From Candidatus Krumholzibacteriia bacterium (lineage in GTDB: Bacteria; Krumholzibacteriota; Krumholzibacteriia; JAJRXK01), in the NCBI GenBank assembly GCA_041484665.1, contig JBGPIA010000004.1, positions 128,001 to 192,000 of the forward strand: a stretch of DNA of 64,000 nucleotides. The letters are read 5' to 3'. The notes beneath the pieces are model-generated. The model was not told the DNA's origin, made no database searches, and saw only the letters and a program-made list of their open reading frames with translations. Numbering within the stretch: position 1 is the first letter of the stretch; the number at the start of each line of letters is the position of its first letter. The translations under genes were made by a program, and so were the position numbers. Shown here piece by piece: positions 29,302 through 37,703 of the stretch.

Positions 29302-30036
29302 TCAGGCGGGCGCGAGCTCCTCCAGGTATTGCGGCAGCATCCGTCGCCAGGTGGGCCAGTCGTGGTGCCACTCGTCGCCCCAGGGGTCGACCCGGTTGGG
29401 GATGCCCTTGCGCCCGAGCTCGTTCGCCACGCGCCAGCTCTCCCCGATGTCCTCGGCGCGCCCCTGCCCCGACGCCAGCAGCACGAAGCGCGTGCGCAAT
29501 CTCTCCAGGTGGGCGCCGTCCACGTCCCTGAGGAAATGCAGCGGCGAAGCCTCGTAGTAGTCCTCGTTGTAGTCCTTCTGGAGCAGGAAGCGCTGCAGGT
29601 CGTAGGTGCCGCTCATGCAGAGCGCCTTGCTGAACACGTCGGGGAAGCGGCAAAGCACGGCCAGCGCATTGTAGGCGCCGATCGACGCCCCGGCCGCAAC
29701 CACCTCGATGCCCGCAGTGGCGCAGTCCATGCGGATGGCCGGCACCACCTCGTTGTAGATGAAGGAGTGGAACTGATTCTGAACCCAGGAGCGATGGCGG
29801 TCGCTGCCCTGACCCTCGATCCACGCCCGGCCGGCGACGCTGTCGCAGGAGTAGATCTTGACCCGGCCAGCCTCCAGCAGCGGCTGGCAGGCGTCGATCA
29901 TGTGGAAGCGCTCGATCTCCTCGGCGTCGCCGCCCGCGGTGGGGAAGAGCAGCACCGGCACGCCGAAGGTCCCCCAGCGTGCAACGGTGATCTCCTCTCC
30001 CAGGCGCTCCGAGCGCCAGCGCTCCACCTGTTTCAT
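29302..30036 (-). CDS. Alpha/beta-hydrolase (esterase family)
   Basis: LLFPTAGG, GASIG nucleophile elbow, HHDWPTW; ATGA overlap with the upstream ATP-grasp stop. Confidence 0.88.
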   Translation of the reverse strand: MKQVERWRSERLGEEITVARWGTFGVPVLLFPTAGGDAEEIERFHMIDACQPLLEAGRVKIYSCDSVAGRAWIEGQGSDRHRSWVQNQFHSFIYNEVVPAIRMDCATAGIEVVAAGASIGAYNALAVLCRFPDVFSKALCMSGTYDLQRFLLQKDYNEDYYEASPLHFLRDVDGAHLERLRTRFVLLASGQGRAEDIGESWRVANELGRKGIPNRVDPWGDEWHHDWPTWRRMLPQYLEELAPA

Positions 30037-31409
30037 GCCGGCGCACCGCCCTGCGCGGCGCGCCCACCCGAGCCGCCCGGGCTGCGTCCCGGCCCGCGCG
30101 CCCCGCCGCCCCCCGCTGTCGCGCGGGCCGCCAGCGCCTGGGGTGACAGATCGGGCGCCGCGGTCGGCTCCGGCCCGGCGCTCGCGTCCTGGCGCCATTG
30201 CTGGATGCGGGCAAAGAACAGCTCGGTGAACCGCTCGACCTCGTGCGGCGGGAACAACGCCTCGACCTTCTGGCGCACCGCGTCCTTCGCGCGCTCGCTG
30301 CCGAAGAACTCCCACGCGACCTCGTCGAGGTGGCGCAGGTGCGTGGCGCAGAACTCCACGAACTGATCCTCCGTGTAACGCTCGCGGGCGATGGCCGCAT
30401 AGGCGCGCAGCCGCTCGCGCAGCGACAGCTCCTGCCGCGCGACGGCGTAGAACGGCTCCCAGTCGAGCGTCTTGCGCATGGGACGCTGGGTGGCGGCCGC
30501 GAACACCGACCAGCGGATGTAGGCGAGCACCAACCATGGGAAATGATAGTGCAGCGACGTCACCTGCGAGTCGGGACAGGCGTTGGCGAAGTCGATGGGA
30601 TGGAGGACGCCGTCGCGGCGCAAGGCCTCGCAGGAGTTGAAGTCCCAGCCGAAGAACGCGTTGATCGTAAGCGTCATGTCCCGCATCACGCCCAGGTCCT
30701 CGGCGGACATGAAGTCCCGGTCGATGGTGTAGCGGTCGTGGAGCGGGGCCGCTGCGTCGTAGCGGATCACCTTGGTCAATGGGCCCATGCCGATGCAGCG
30801 CACGAACAGGTCGAACGGCGTGACGGCCTGCTGCAGGTGCATCACGTACCTGCCGCTCTGCTCGTAGGCCGCGCGCAGGGCCAGCTCGTTGTCGATGCGG
30901 CTGACGCCCACCCAGCCCCCGCCGTCGTAGGGCTTCATGAACAGGGGGTACCCCAGCTGCGCGCCCAACTCGCCCAGGTCGAACAGCTTGGCGTAGCGGT
31001 GCAGCGTCGGGCCCAGGTCGTCCTTGGGCTCGTACTCCTTGGGCGGCACCATGGCCGTCTCGGGCACGGGCAGCCCCAGGGCCATCATGGCGCAGTAGGT
31101 GGAGTGCTTCTCCATGGCCTGGACGCTCCACGGATTGTTGAGCACGTAGAGCCCGTCCATGAGCACAGCCTTCTTGATCCATTCGCGGCTGGTATGGAAC
31201 CAGTGCGTGAGCCGGTCGATCACCAGGTCATACTTGCAGGGCTGCCGCAAGTTGAACGGCTCGATGGTGACGCGCTCGACGGCGAAGCGCACCGTATCGC
31301 CGCCCTGCGGCAGCGCCAGGTCCAGCCGCCGCATGATCTCCTCGTAGCAGAGGGGCCAGCAGATGTCGGCTCCCAGGGAGAGCCCGATCTGGCGGGTCAC
31401 CGTCGGCAT
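30033..31409 (-). CDS. ATP-grasp domain protein (RimK/glutathione-synthetase-like branch)
   Basis: GYPLFMKPYDGGGW, LQQAV, FNSCE, IDFANACPD; RBS AAAGGA. Confidence 0.85.
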   Translation of the reverse strand: MPTVTRQIGLSLGADICWPLCYEEIMRRLDLALPQGGDTVRFAVERVTIEPFNLRQPCKYDLVIDRLTHWFHTSREWIKKAVLMDGLYVLNNPWSVQAMEKHSTYCAMMALGLPVPETAMVPPKEYEPKDDLGPTLHRYAKLFDLGELGAQLGYPLFMKPYDGGGWVGVSRIDNELALRAAYEQSGRYVMHLQQAVTPFDLFVRCIGMGPLTKVIRYDAAAPLHDRYTIDRDFMSAEDLGVMRDMTLTINAFFGWDFNSCEALRRDGVLHPIDFANACPDSQVTSLHYHFPWLVLAYIRWSVFAAATQRPMRKTLDWEPFYAVARQELSLRERLRAYAAIARERYTEDQFVEFCATHLRHLDEVAWEFFGSERAKDAVRQKVEALFPPHEVERFTELFFARIQQWRQDASAGPEPTAAPDLSPQALAARATAGGGGARGPGRSPGGSGGRAAQGGAPA

Positions 31410-31484
31410 ACGGTCCTTTCGCTGCAACGCTGGCAGCGGCGCTTGGAGCGCGCGGTGCGCGGTCCGGCCGCGCGGCGTGGCCCT

Positions 31485-32708
31485 CTATTCATACACCATC
31501 CACAGCGGGCCCGGGAATAGCCACGAGAGGCCCTCGCGGAGCCGATCGCGCCAATTCTCCCAGTTGTGGCCGTCGCGCGCCTCGACGTAACGCACCTGCA
31601 TACCGGTGGCCTGCAGGAGCGGAACCAGCGACCGGTTTTCGTAGATGAGTGACTCGTAGATGCCGCAGCTGACGAACAGGCGGTCCGCCACGTGTACCGG
31701 CTGGCTGCGGAACGCGTTCATGAACGAGACGATGGGGTCGAACAGCGGCCCACGCTGGTTGTGGCGGCCGATGTCCGTGAATGCGAACGACCCGGACTGC
31801 AGCAGCAGCCGCCCGTAGAAGCCGGGCGCGCCCCAGGCCGCATGCAGCGATGAGACGGCGCCAAAGCTCGCGCCCATCAGCCCGCGCCCCTCGGGCCGCG
31901 CCAGGAGCGGGAACCGCTTCTCCAGCTGCGGCACGAGCTCCTCGGTGAGGAAACGCGTGTGCCCAAGGTCGCCCACGTACTCGTTGAGGCGCTCGCGCGG
32001 ATGCATGAGCGCCACGACCAGGGGCGGGATCTCCAGGCGGTGGATCAGATTGTCCAGCACGGTCTGTAGGTTTGCGTACCTGAGGTAATCGCCGCCGTCG
32101 TGCACCAGCAGCAGCGGATAGCGTCGCGTCCGCCGCAGGCGCGCGGGCAGATAGAGCGTGACCGCGCGGTCCTCGCCCAGTGCGCGGCTGCGCACCACCA
32201 GCTCCTCGAGCGTGCCGGGGCGCGACTCGGGGTCCGGCCGCGTCCACTCGGGCGTCTCGTACCCGAGGGTGTGGACGACCGAGTTGGCACCGAAGGGATC
32301 ACGTGCGCGCCGCGAGTTCAGCGGATCCTCGATCCACTGGGACTGGCCGTTGGCGAGGACCTCGAGCTTGTACTCCACGCGCGAGTTCTCGGGCAGCTCC
32401 AGCACCAGCGCCCACAGGTCCGTGTCAGCGACGCGCTCGAAGGGCTGCGACGAGGGCAGACCGAAGACCCAGTGTCGCAGGTTCACCGCGTCGGCCTGAC
32501 CACGGTAGGCGAACGTGCAGCGCGGCCCCTCGACCAACGGAAAACTGTGGCTGCGCAGGAACGCGTCGATCGCCGCGCCGTCGAGCGGGAGGCGCTCCTT
32601 CAGCTCATCGATGGCCAGCCGGGGGACGGCGGCCACGGTGCCGGCGAGTCCGGCCCGCTGTCGGTAGATGGCCCACGGCACGTACCCGGGCCCGGCGTCC
32701 AACCTCAC
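31485..32708 (-). CDS. Fes-like esterase with N-terminal CBM48/AMPK-beta-like module (start approximate)
   Basis: N-domain LWALVLELP..SRVEYKL...DPLN...DPFGANSV; HDGGDY, GASFG, GHNWENW; GTGA overlap with the S51 stop. Confidence 0.85.
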   Translation of the reverse strand: MRLDAGPGYVPWAIYRQRAGLAGTVAAVPRLAIDELKERLPLDGAAIDAFLRSHSFPLVEGPRCTFAYRGQADAVNLRHWVFGLPSSQPFERVADTDLWALVLELPENSRVEYKLEVLANGQSQWIEDPLNSRRARDPFGANSVVHTLGYETPEWTRPDPESRPGTLEELVVRSRALGEDRAVTLYLPARLRRTRRYPLLLVHDGGDYLRYANLQTVLDNLIHRLEIPPLVVALMHPRERLNEYVGDLGHTRFLTEELVPQLEKRFPLLARPEGRGLMGASFGAVSSLHAAWGAPGFYGRLLLQSGSFAFTDIGRHNQRGPLFDPIVSFMNAFRSQPVHVADRLFVSCGIYESLIYENRSLVPLLQATGMQVRYVEARDGHNWENWRDRLREGLSWLFPGPLWMVYE

Positions 32709-33685
32709 CCAGCGCACGCCGCCTCCATCTGGGCCAGGGCGCCCTGGGGCGTCAGCCGCTGGATCCCGGGTCCGCCCGTCCACTCACCGGCGCGCCACGT
32801 CAGGCGCGCGCCGTCCTCCATGGCCACGCAACAGAGCGGCGCGAACCGGCGCGCAAAGCGCGCCACGCGCGCCGGGTCGTCCAGACGCAGCCGGCGCCGC
32901 GCGTGCGGCAGGGGCACCACGCCGCGGCACAGTGCCAGGCCGAAGTCGAACACCTCGGCGTTGCCCGGTCCCTGCGGCGGGTTGTCATGGAACAGCACGA
33001 TGCGCTCGCTGATCGCCATGGCGCCGGCGGACCAGGCGAAGACCGGCCGCGCCTGCCCGCCCGAGCGCGCGTGTCCCTGGTCCTGCTCGTCGAGCAGCTC
33101 CGCGACGCCCAACAGGCGCAGTCGGTTGAGCAGCAGCGCAATGTGGCCCCCGGCGATGGCCAGCGCCGCGCAGCCGTCAAGCTGGCGCGCGATCTCCGTC
33201 CGCTCGCTGGCAACCGCGTTGCGCTCGCGCGGGCGCAGGCGCGCATCGAACTCGGCCTGGACCGCCACCACACGCTGCAGATAGGAGTCATCGAGGGCGT
33301 GGAGCGCGTCGAGGGACGCGTCGCGCTCCGGCTCGAGCAGAACCGGATCACCCTTGTGGCGCAGCAGGTCCATCACGGCATCCATGGCGTGCGCGAGCCG
33401 GACGTTGTACAGCTCGCGCAGCTCGCGCAGGCGCTGCTGGCGCTCCCGGTGCGCGGTGGCAAGCTCGCGGTCGCGGGCGAAGATGCGCTCGGCGCGTTCG
33501 TAGAGGCGCAGGTTGATGCCGCGCCCGCCCAGGTGCTCGTGGAGCTCCTGGTCCTCGGCCTCGCGGTCCTGCCAGCCGGCCGTGATCGTGGCGATCGGGC
33601 CGTCGACGCCCAGCGCGTCGACGGCCTGGATCAAGGTCGGCGTGAGGCGCTGCGGACCAAGCAGCACGATGGCGCGTTGCGTCAC
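32705..33685 (-). CDS. Peptidase S51 family (cyanophycinase/peptidase E-like)
   Basis: ITAGWQ, IAGGH, WSAGAM nucleophile, PLPH; GTG start inferred. Confidence 0.78.
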   Translation of the reverse strand: MTQRAIVLLGPQRLTPTLIQAVDALGVDGPIATITAGWQDREAEDQELHEHLGGRGINLRLYERAERIFARDRELATAHRERQQRLRELRELYNVRLAHAMDAVMDLLRHKGDPVLLEPERDASLDALHALDDSYLQRVVAVQAEFDARLRPRERNAVASERTEIARQLDGCAALAIAGGHIALLLNRLRLLGVAELLDEQDQGHARSGGQARPVFAWSAGAMAISERIVLFHDNPPQGPGNAEVFDFGLALCRGVVPLPHARRRLRLDDPARVARFARRFAPLCCVAMEDGARLTWRAGEWTGGPGIQRLTPQGALAQMEAACAG

Positions 33686-33807
33686 GACCGCAGCGTCGTG
33701 ACTCGCGCCCCCGTCGTGGTTGGTGCCCAGGTCGCGGCCCGTGCGCTGGCCGCGGTTCTCGCCGTCACCGCCACCGGCGCGCCGCCGCGACCCGCGTGCC
33801 GGCCCGC

Positions 33808-35031
33808 TCACTGCGCTCGCACCTTCACGGTCCGGCCGGCGGAATCGAGCATTCCGCGCAATGTGTCGTAGTCGGGATGGCGCATGCGGATCCAGGCATT
33901 GGCCATGTACCCCGCCTCGATCGGCTGGGTGGCGGTGCCCGCCGGCGGGAGGTGCGCATCCACGATCCATTCACCGTGGGCGCGCTGGATCGCCTCAAGG
34001 CCCTCGTAGCCCGTGATGCAGCCGTCGCGGTCGGGGCGCAGGGCGATCATGCCCGCCGCGAAGCGCCGCGTAGGACGCTGGCTCGGCCGGCCGTGCGCGA
34101 TGCACATCGCCCATTCCCGGTAGAGGTCCATCTCGTTGGCCGCACAGTATAGGTCCCAGGCGCGCACACCTGGCGGCCGGCAGCCGATCTCGCTGAACTT
34201 CAGCCCCTTGGGCCCGTAGAACCACTCCATGTGCGTGGCCGAGGTCCCGATGCCCAGCGCGTGGATGACCCGCCGGCCCAGCTCCTTCACCTCGGCGTAG
34301 GCCGGGGCGGTGTCGATGCGGTTGGTGGTGATGAACTGCGGCGAGATCCAGCGCGTGCGCATCGCCTCGAGCACGTTGGGGTAGTAATGCGTGGCGAACT
34401 CGTGCACGACCTCGCCGTCGATCGCCAGCGTGTCGTAGAACGCCTCGTGCCCCTCGATGAACTCCTCGACGGCCACCGAGCGGCCGTGGTCGACGCCGGC
34501 CAGGTGGATCACCTCGCGCAGGTCGTTGTCGTTCTCCACGCGATACGTGCCCGAGGCCCCGGCGGCATCGCGCGGCTTGACGATGAGCGGGTAGCCCACC
34601 TGGCGGGCGAAGGACCAGACGAGGTCGGCGCGGTCGGCGCCCGTGGACTGCGCGCACGGGATGCCCGCCTCCCGCAACACCTGCTTCATGGCAGGCTTGT
34701 CGCGGCAGAGGAATGCCGTACGCACGCTGGTGCCCGCGATGCCGCACGCCTCGCGCACGCGGGCGATGGGCATGATGTGGGCTTCGACGCTGGCCTCGAG
34801 GCGGTCAACCGGCGTGCGCTCCTGGATCCAGCGGACCTTCTCGGTCATCGCGCCCTCGTCCACGACCGAGCCCACCCGCTCGTAATGGACCATCCAGCGC
34901 CTCAGGTCGTCGCCGAGTGCCTCCGGCGGCCGCTCGCCGATGCCGGTGACCCGGACGCCGGCCTCGAACAGGCCGCGCACGAACTCCCGCTGGTTGGCGG
35001 GGAAGACGGGCTCGACGAAGACGACGTGCAT
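33808..35031 (-). CDS. ATP-grasp ligase (L-amino-acid-ligase-like), paralog A
   Basis: RDKPAMK, GYPLIVKPRDAAG, VEEFIEGHE, HMEWF, EIGCRPPG. Confidence 0.9.
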   Translation of the reverse strand: MHVVFVEPVFPANQREFVRGLFEAGVRVTGIGERPPEALGDDLRRWMVHYERVGSVVDEGAMTEKVRWIQERTPVDRLEASVEAHIMPIARVREACGIAGTSVRTAFLCRDKPAMKQVLREAGIPCAQSTGADRADLVWSFARQVGYPLIVKPRDAAGASGTYRVENDNDLREVIHLAGVDHGRSVAVEEFIEGHEAFYDTLAIDGEVVHEFATHYYPNVLEAMRTRWISPQFITTNRIDTAPAYAEVKELGRRVIHALGIGTSATHMEWFYGPKGLKFSEIGCRPPGVRAWDLYCAANEMDLYREWAMCIAHGRPSQRPTRRFAAGMIALRPDRDGCITGYEGLEAIQRAHGEWIVDAHLPPAGTATQPIEAGYMANAWIRMRHPDYDTLRGMLDSAGRTVKVRAQ

Positions 35032-35168
35032 GGCGCATCTCTCGGTTGAAGGGCCGGCCACGCCTTGGTGGACCGCCGCAAGCCTGAGTCTAGCGCCCAG
35101 GACACGCCAGGCAAAGCGCAGCCGGTCCAGCCGCGGAAAGCGCCGCGGCGGAGTGCCTGTTCGAGCTC

Positions 35169-35195
35169 GACATATTGATGTCATATTGATATGCT
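35169..35195 (+). promoter_or_regulatory. vapBC promoter/operator
   Basis: Inverted repeat GACAT-ATTG-ATGTC (35169-35182); direct repeat CATATTGAT x2; extended -10 TGATATGCT 7 nt before the ATG. Confidence 0.65.
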
Positions 35196-35202
35196 TCAGT
35201 GC

Positions 35203-35454
35203 ATGCGCACGACGATCCGGATGGACGACGCCCTTTACGCGCGGGTGAAGGAGCTGGCCGCGCGCACCGGCCGCACGGTCACCTCGGTCATCGAGGACGC
35301 CCTTCGCGAATCGCTCGCCCGTCGGACGGTTGCGCGCCAGCGAGAGCGGATCGAGCTGCCCACCTTCACGGGCAGCGGCGTGCAGCCGGGCGTGGACCTG
35401 GACAGCTACGCCTCCCTCCTGGATCTGATGGAGGGCAGCGGTGGTCCTCGTTGA
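35203..35454 (+). CDS. vapB: RHH antitoxin
   Basis: MRTTIRMDDALY..VKELAARTGRTVTSVIEDALR; overlaps a PIN toxin gene. Confidence 0.9.
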   Translation: MRTTIRMDDALYARVKELAARTGRTVTSVIEDALRESLARRTVARQRERIELPTFTGSGVQPGVDLDSYASLLDLMEGSGGPR

Positions 35455-35869
35455 CGCCAACGTGCTGGTCTACGCCCATCGCGGCGAGTGCGCCCGCCAC
35501 GCCGAGTTCCGCGGCTGGCTGGAGAACCTCATCAATGGCGCCGAGGCGTTCGGGATCGCGCCCGATCTGCTCGCCAGCTTCGTGCGGATCGTGACCCATC
35601 CGCGGATCTTCAGCCCACCGACACCCCTGGACTCGGCGCTGGCGTTCTGTGCTGCAGTCCTGCGCTCGGACTCCTGCGTGGTCGTCCGGCCCGGCGCGCG
35701 TCACTGGCAGATCTTCACGGACCTGTGCCGGTCCGCCGATGTGAAAGGCAACCTGGTCGCCGATGCCTACCTCGCCGCCCTGGCTGTCGAGTCGGGCAGC
35801 GATCTGGTCACGACCGATCGCGATCTCAGCCGTTTTCCCGGCCTGCGCTGGCACCCTCCGCTGCGGTGA
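35441..35869 (+). CDS. vapC: PIN-domain toxin
   Basis: LVDANVLVYA, GNLVADAYLAALA, TTDRD. Confidence 0.93.
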   Translation: MVLVDANVLVYAHRGECARHAEFRGWLENLINGAEAFGIAPDLLASFVRIVTHPRIFSPPTPLDSALAFCAAVLRSDSCVVVRPGARHWQIFTDLCRSADVKGNLVADAYLAALAVESGSDLVTTDRDLSRFPGLRWHPPLR

Positions 35870-35931
35870 GCCGCGGCGGTCCCGTCCGGGTGCCTCGCAC
35901 GCGTTCGCCGGCGAAGCGCGGCTGCCCCCGC

Positions 35932-37635
35932 TCAGCGCAAGCCGGCCAGACTCCGGTACAACTCGACATACGCCTGCGCGCGCCGCTGCCACGAGAAGTC
36001 CTGCGCCATGCCGTTGAGCATCAGCGTGCGCCAGGCCCCCTGGCCGGCCGCGGCGTGCGGCATGCCGCCGGGCAGGACGCGGGGGGCGGCGGCGTGGGCG
36101 GCGTCCCCTGCGTCAGGCGGCTGCGCGCCGGTGGCGGCGGCCGCAGCGCCGGACGAGTCGGCGTAGAGGTCCAGTGCCGCCTCCAGCGCCCAGCGCGCCG
36201 CCTTTGGAGTGTAGTGTTCGAAGACGACGCCCGTTCCCCGCCCGCTCTCTGGATCCCACAGCGTCACCGTGTCGGCCAACCCCCCGGTCCGGCGCACGAT
36301 CGGCACGGTGCCGTACATCTGGCTGTACATCTGATTGAGACCACACGGCTCGTACTGGCTGGGCATCAGGAACATGTCGGCGCCGGCCTCGATCCAGTGC
36401 GCCAGCTCGTCGTGGAAACCCCGGTAGAAGCTGAGCTTCTTCGGAAAGCTGCGCTGCAGCGCGCTGAAGAACTCCTCGTAGCGCACCTCGCCGCTGCCCA
36501 GCACCGCCACGCGCAGATCGCGCTCCGCGAGCACTCCGGGTAGCACGTCGTGCAGCAGGTCGAAGCCCTTCTGCCCCGCCAGGCGCGAAACGATACCCAG
36601 GAGCGGCACGCCCTTCACGTAGCGCAGGCCGAGCCGGTTGAGCAGCAGCTCCTTGTTCTTCTCCTTGCGCCACAGGCTCTTCTCGCTGAAGCGGAACGGG
36701 ATGAGCTTGTCGGTGCGCGGGTTCCACTCCCGGGTGTCCACTCCGTTGAGGATGCCGACGAGGGCATCGCGCCGACTCTGCAGCAGCTCGTGCAGGCCGT
36801 ACCCGTAGGCCGGCGTCTGGATCTCCCGCGCGTAGGTCGGGCTGACGGTCGTCAGGGCGTCGGCGTGCAGCAGACCCGTCTTGAGGAAGTTGATCTTGTG
36901 CGCGTTGAGGTCCGCACCGTCGAGCACACGCTCGGCCCATTGGTAGAGCCCCGTGTCGGGCAGGATCGACGCCGCGAACGTGCCCTGATAGCCGAGATTG
37001 TGCAGTGTCAGCACCGTGCGCGCCTGGCTGAACAGCGTGTCCCAGGCGTACAGCGTCTTCAGGTAGACCGGCAGCAGCGCCGTCTGCCAGTCGTTGCAGT
37101 GGACGACGTGCGGCGCGAAGCGCATGCGCTGGCAGCTCTGCAGCGCGGCGTGGCACAGCAGCAAGAAACGCAGGTGCTCGTCCTGGTCGTTCGTATAGAT
37201 GCCTGGACGGGCGTACAAGTGCGGACAGCGGACGAAAAAAACGGTCGGAGCGGGTGCGCGCTCGGCCGCTGCCTCGATCGCGCCAGCGGCGGGGCTGCCG
37301 GCCTCGCTCGCCGCGGCGGCCGCGGCCGATCGCAGTGGGCGCCGGCTGGCTGGCAGCGGCATCATGAACAGCGAGAAGACGAGCGTCCTGCCGCCGAGCT
37401 GGACCGGGACGTCCTGGACGTTGTCCACCGGCTGCAGCAGCATCTGGCCGGCAGCGGCGCGCCCGGGCTTTCCCCATTCGTTCTCGATGCGGGCGTAGAG
37501 CGGCAGGAAGATCCGGACGTCGTGCCCCAGCGCGTGGAGCGCCCGCGGCAACGCAGCGGCAACGTCTCCCAGCCCGCCGGTTTTGGCGAAGGGGGCGACC
37601 TCGGAGGCCACGAAGCAGATGCGCAGGGGATCCAT
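35932..37635 (-). CDS. glgA: Glycogen synthase (GT5)
   Basis: EVAPFAKTGGLGD, HCNDWQ, SRLAGQKG, MPSQYEPCGL, RRTGGLAD; two Ala-rich insertions. Confidence 0.95.
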   Translation of the reverse strand: MDPLRICFVASEVAPFAKTGGLGDVAAALPRALHALGHDVRIFLPLYARIENEWGKPGRAAAGQMLLQPVDNVQDVPVQLGGRTLVFSLFMMPLPASRRPLRSAAAAAASEAGSPAAGAIEAAAERAPAPTVFFVRCPHLYARPGIYTNDQDEHLRFLLLCHAALQSCQRMRFAPHVVHCNDWQTALLPVYLKTLYAWDTLFSQARTVLTLHNLGYQGTFAASILPDTGLYQWAERVLDGADLNAHKINFLKTGLLHADALTTVSPTYAREIQTPAYGYGLHELLQSRRDALVGILNGVDTREWNPRTDKLIPFRFSEKSLWRKEKNKELLLNRLGLRYVKGVPLLGIVSRLAGQKGFDLLHDVLPGVLAERDLRVAVLGSGEVRYEEFFSALQRSFPKKLSFYRGFHDELAHWIEAGADMFLMPSQYEPCGLNQMYSQMYGTVPIVRRTGGLADTVTLWDPESGRGTGVVFEHYTPKAARWALEAALDLYADSSGAAAAATGAQPPDAGDAAHAAAPRVLPGGMPHAAAGQGAWRTLMLNGMAQDFSWQRRAQAYVELYRSLAGLR

Positions 37636-37686
37636 GCGTCGATCGACGGTCCACGCCGGCGCGGCAGCCGTGCCGCGAGCTCGACG

Positions 37687-37695
37687 ATCGTACCA
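37687..37695 (-). promoter_or_regulatory. Putative extended -10 element for glgA
   Basis: TGGTACGAT on the minus strand. Confidence 0.45.
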
Positions 37696-37703
37696 TTGCC
37701 CCG

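Noticed and set aside
29302..31182. 626-aa ORF suggesting an ATP-grasp/esterase fusion or frameshift
   Set aside because: The upstream part is an off-frame overlap of the ATP-grasp gene; the ATGA overlap at 30033-30036 explains two separate genes.
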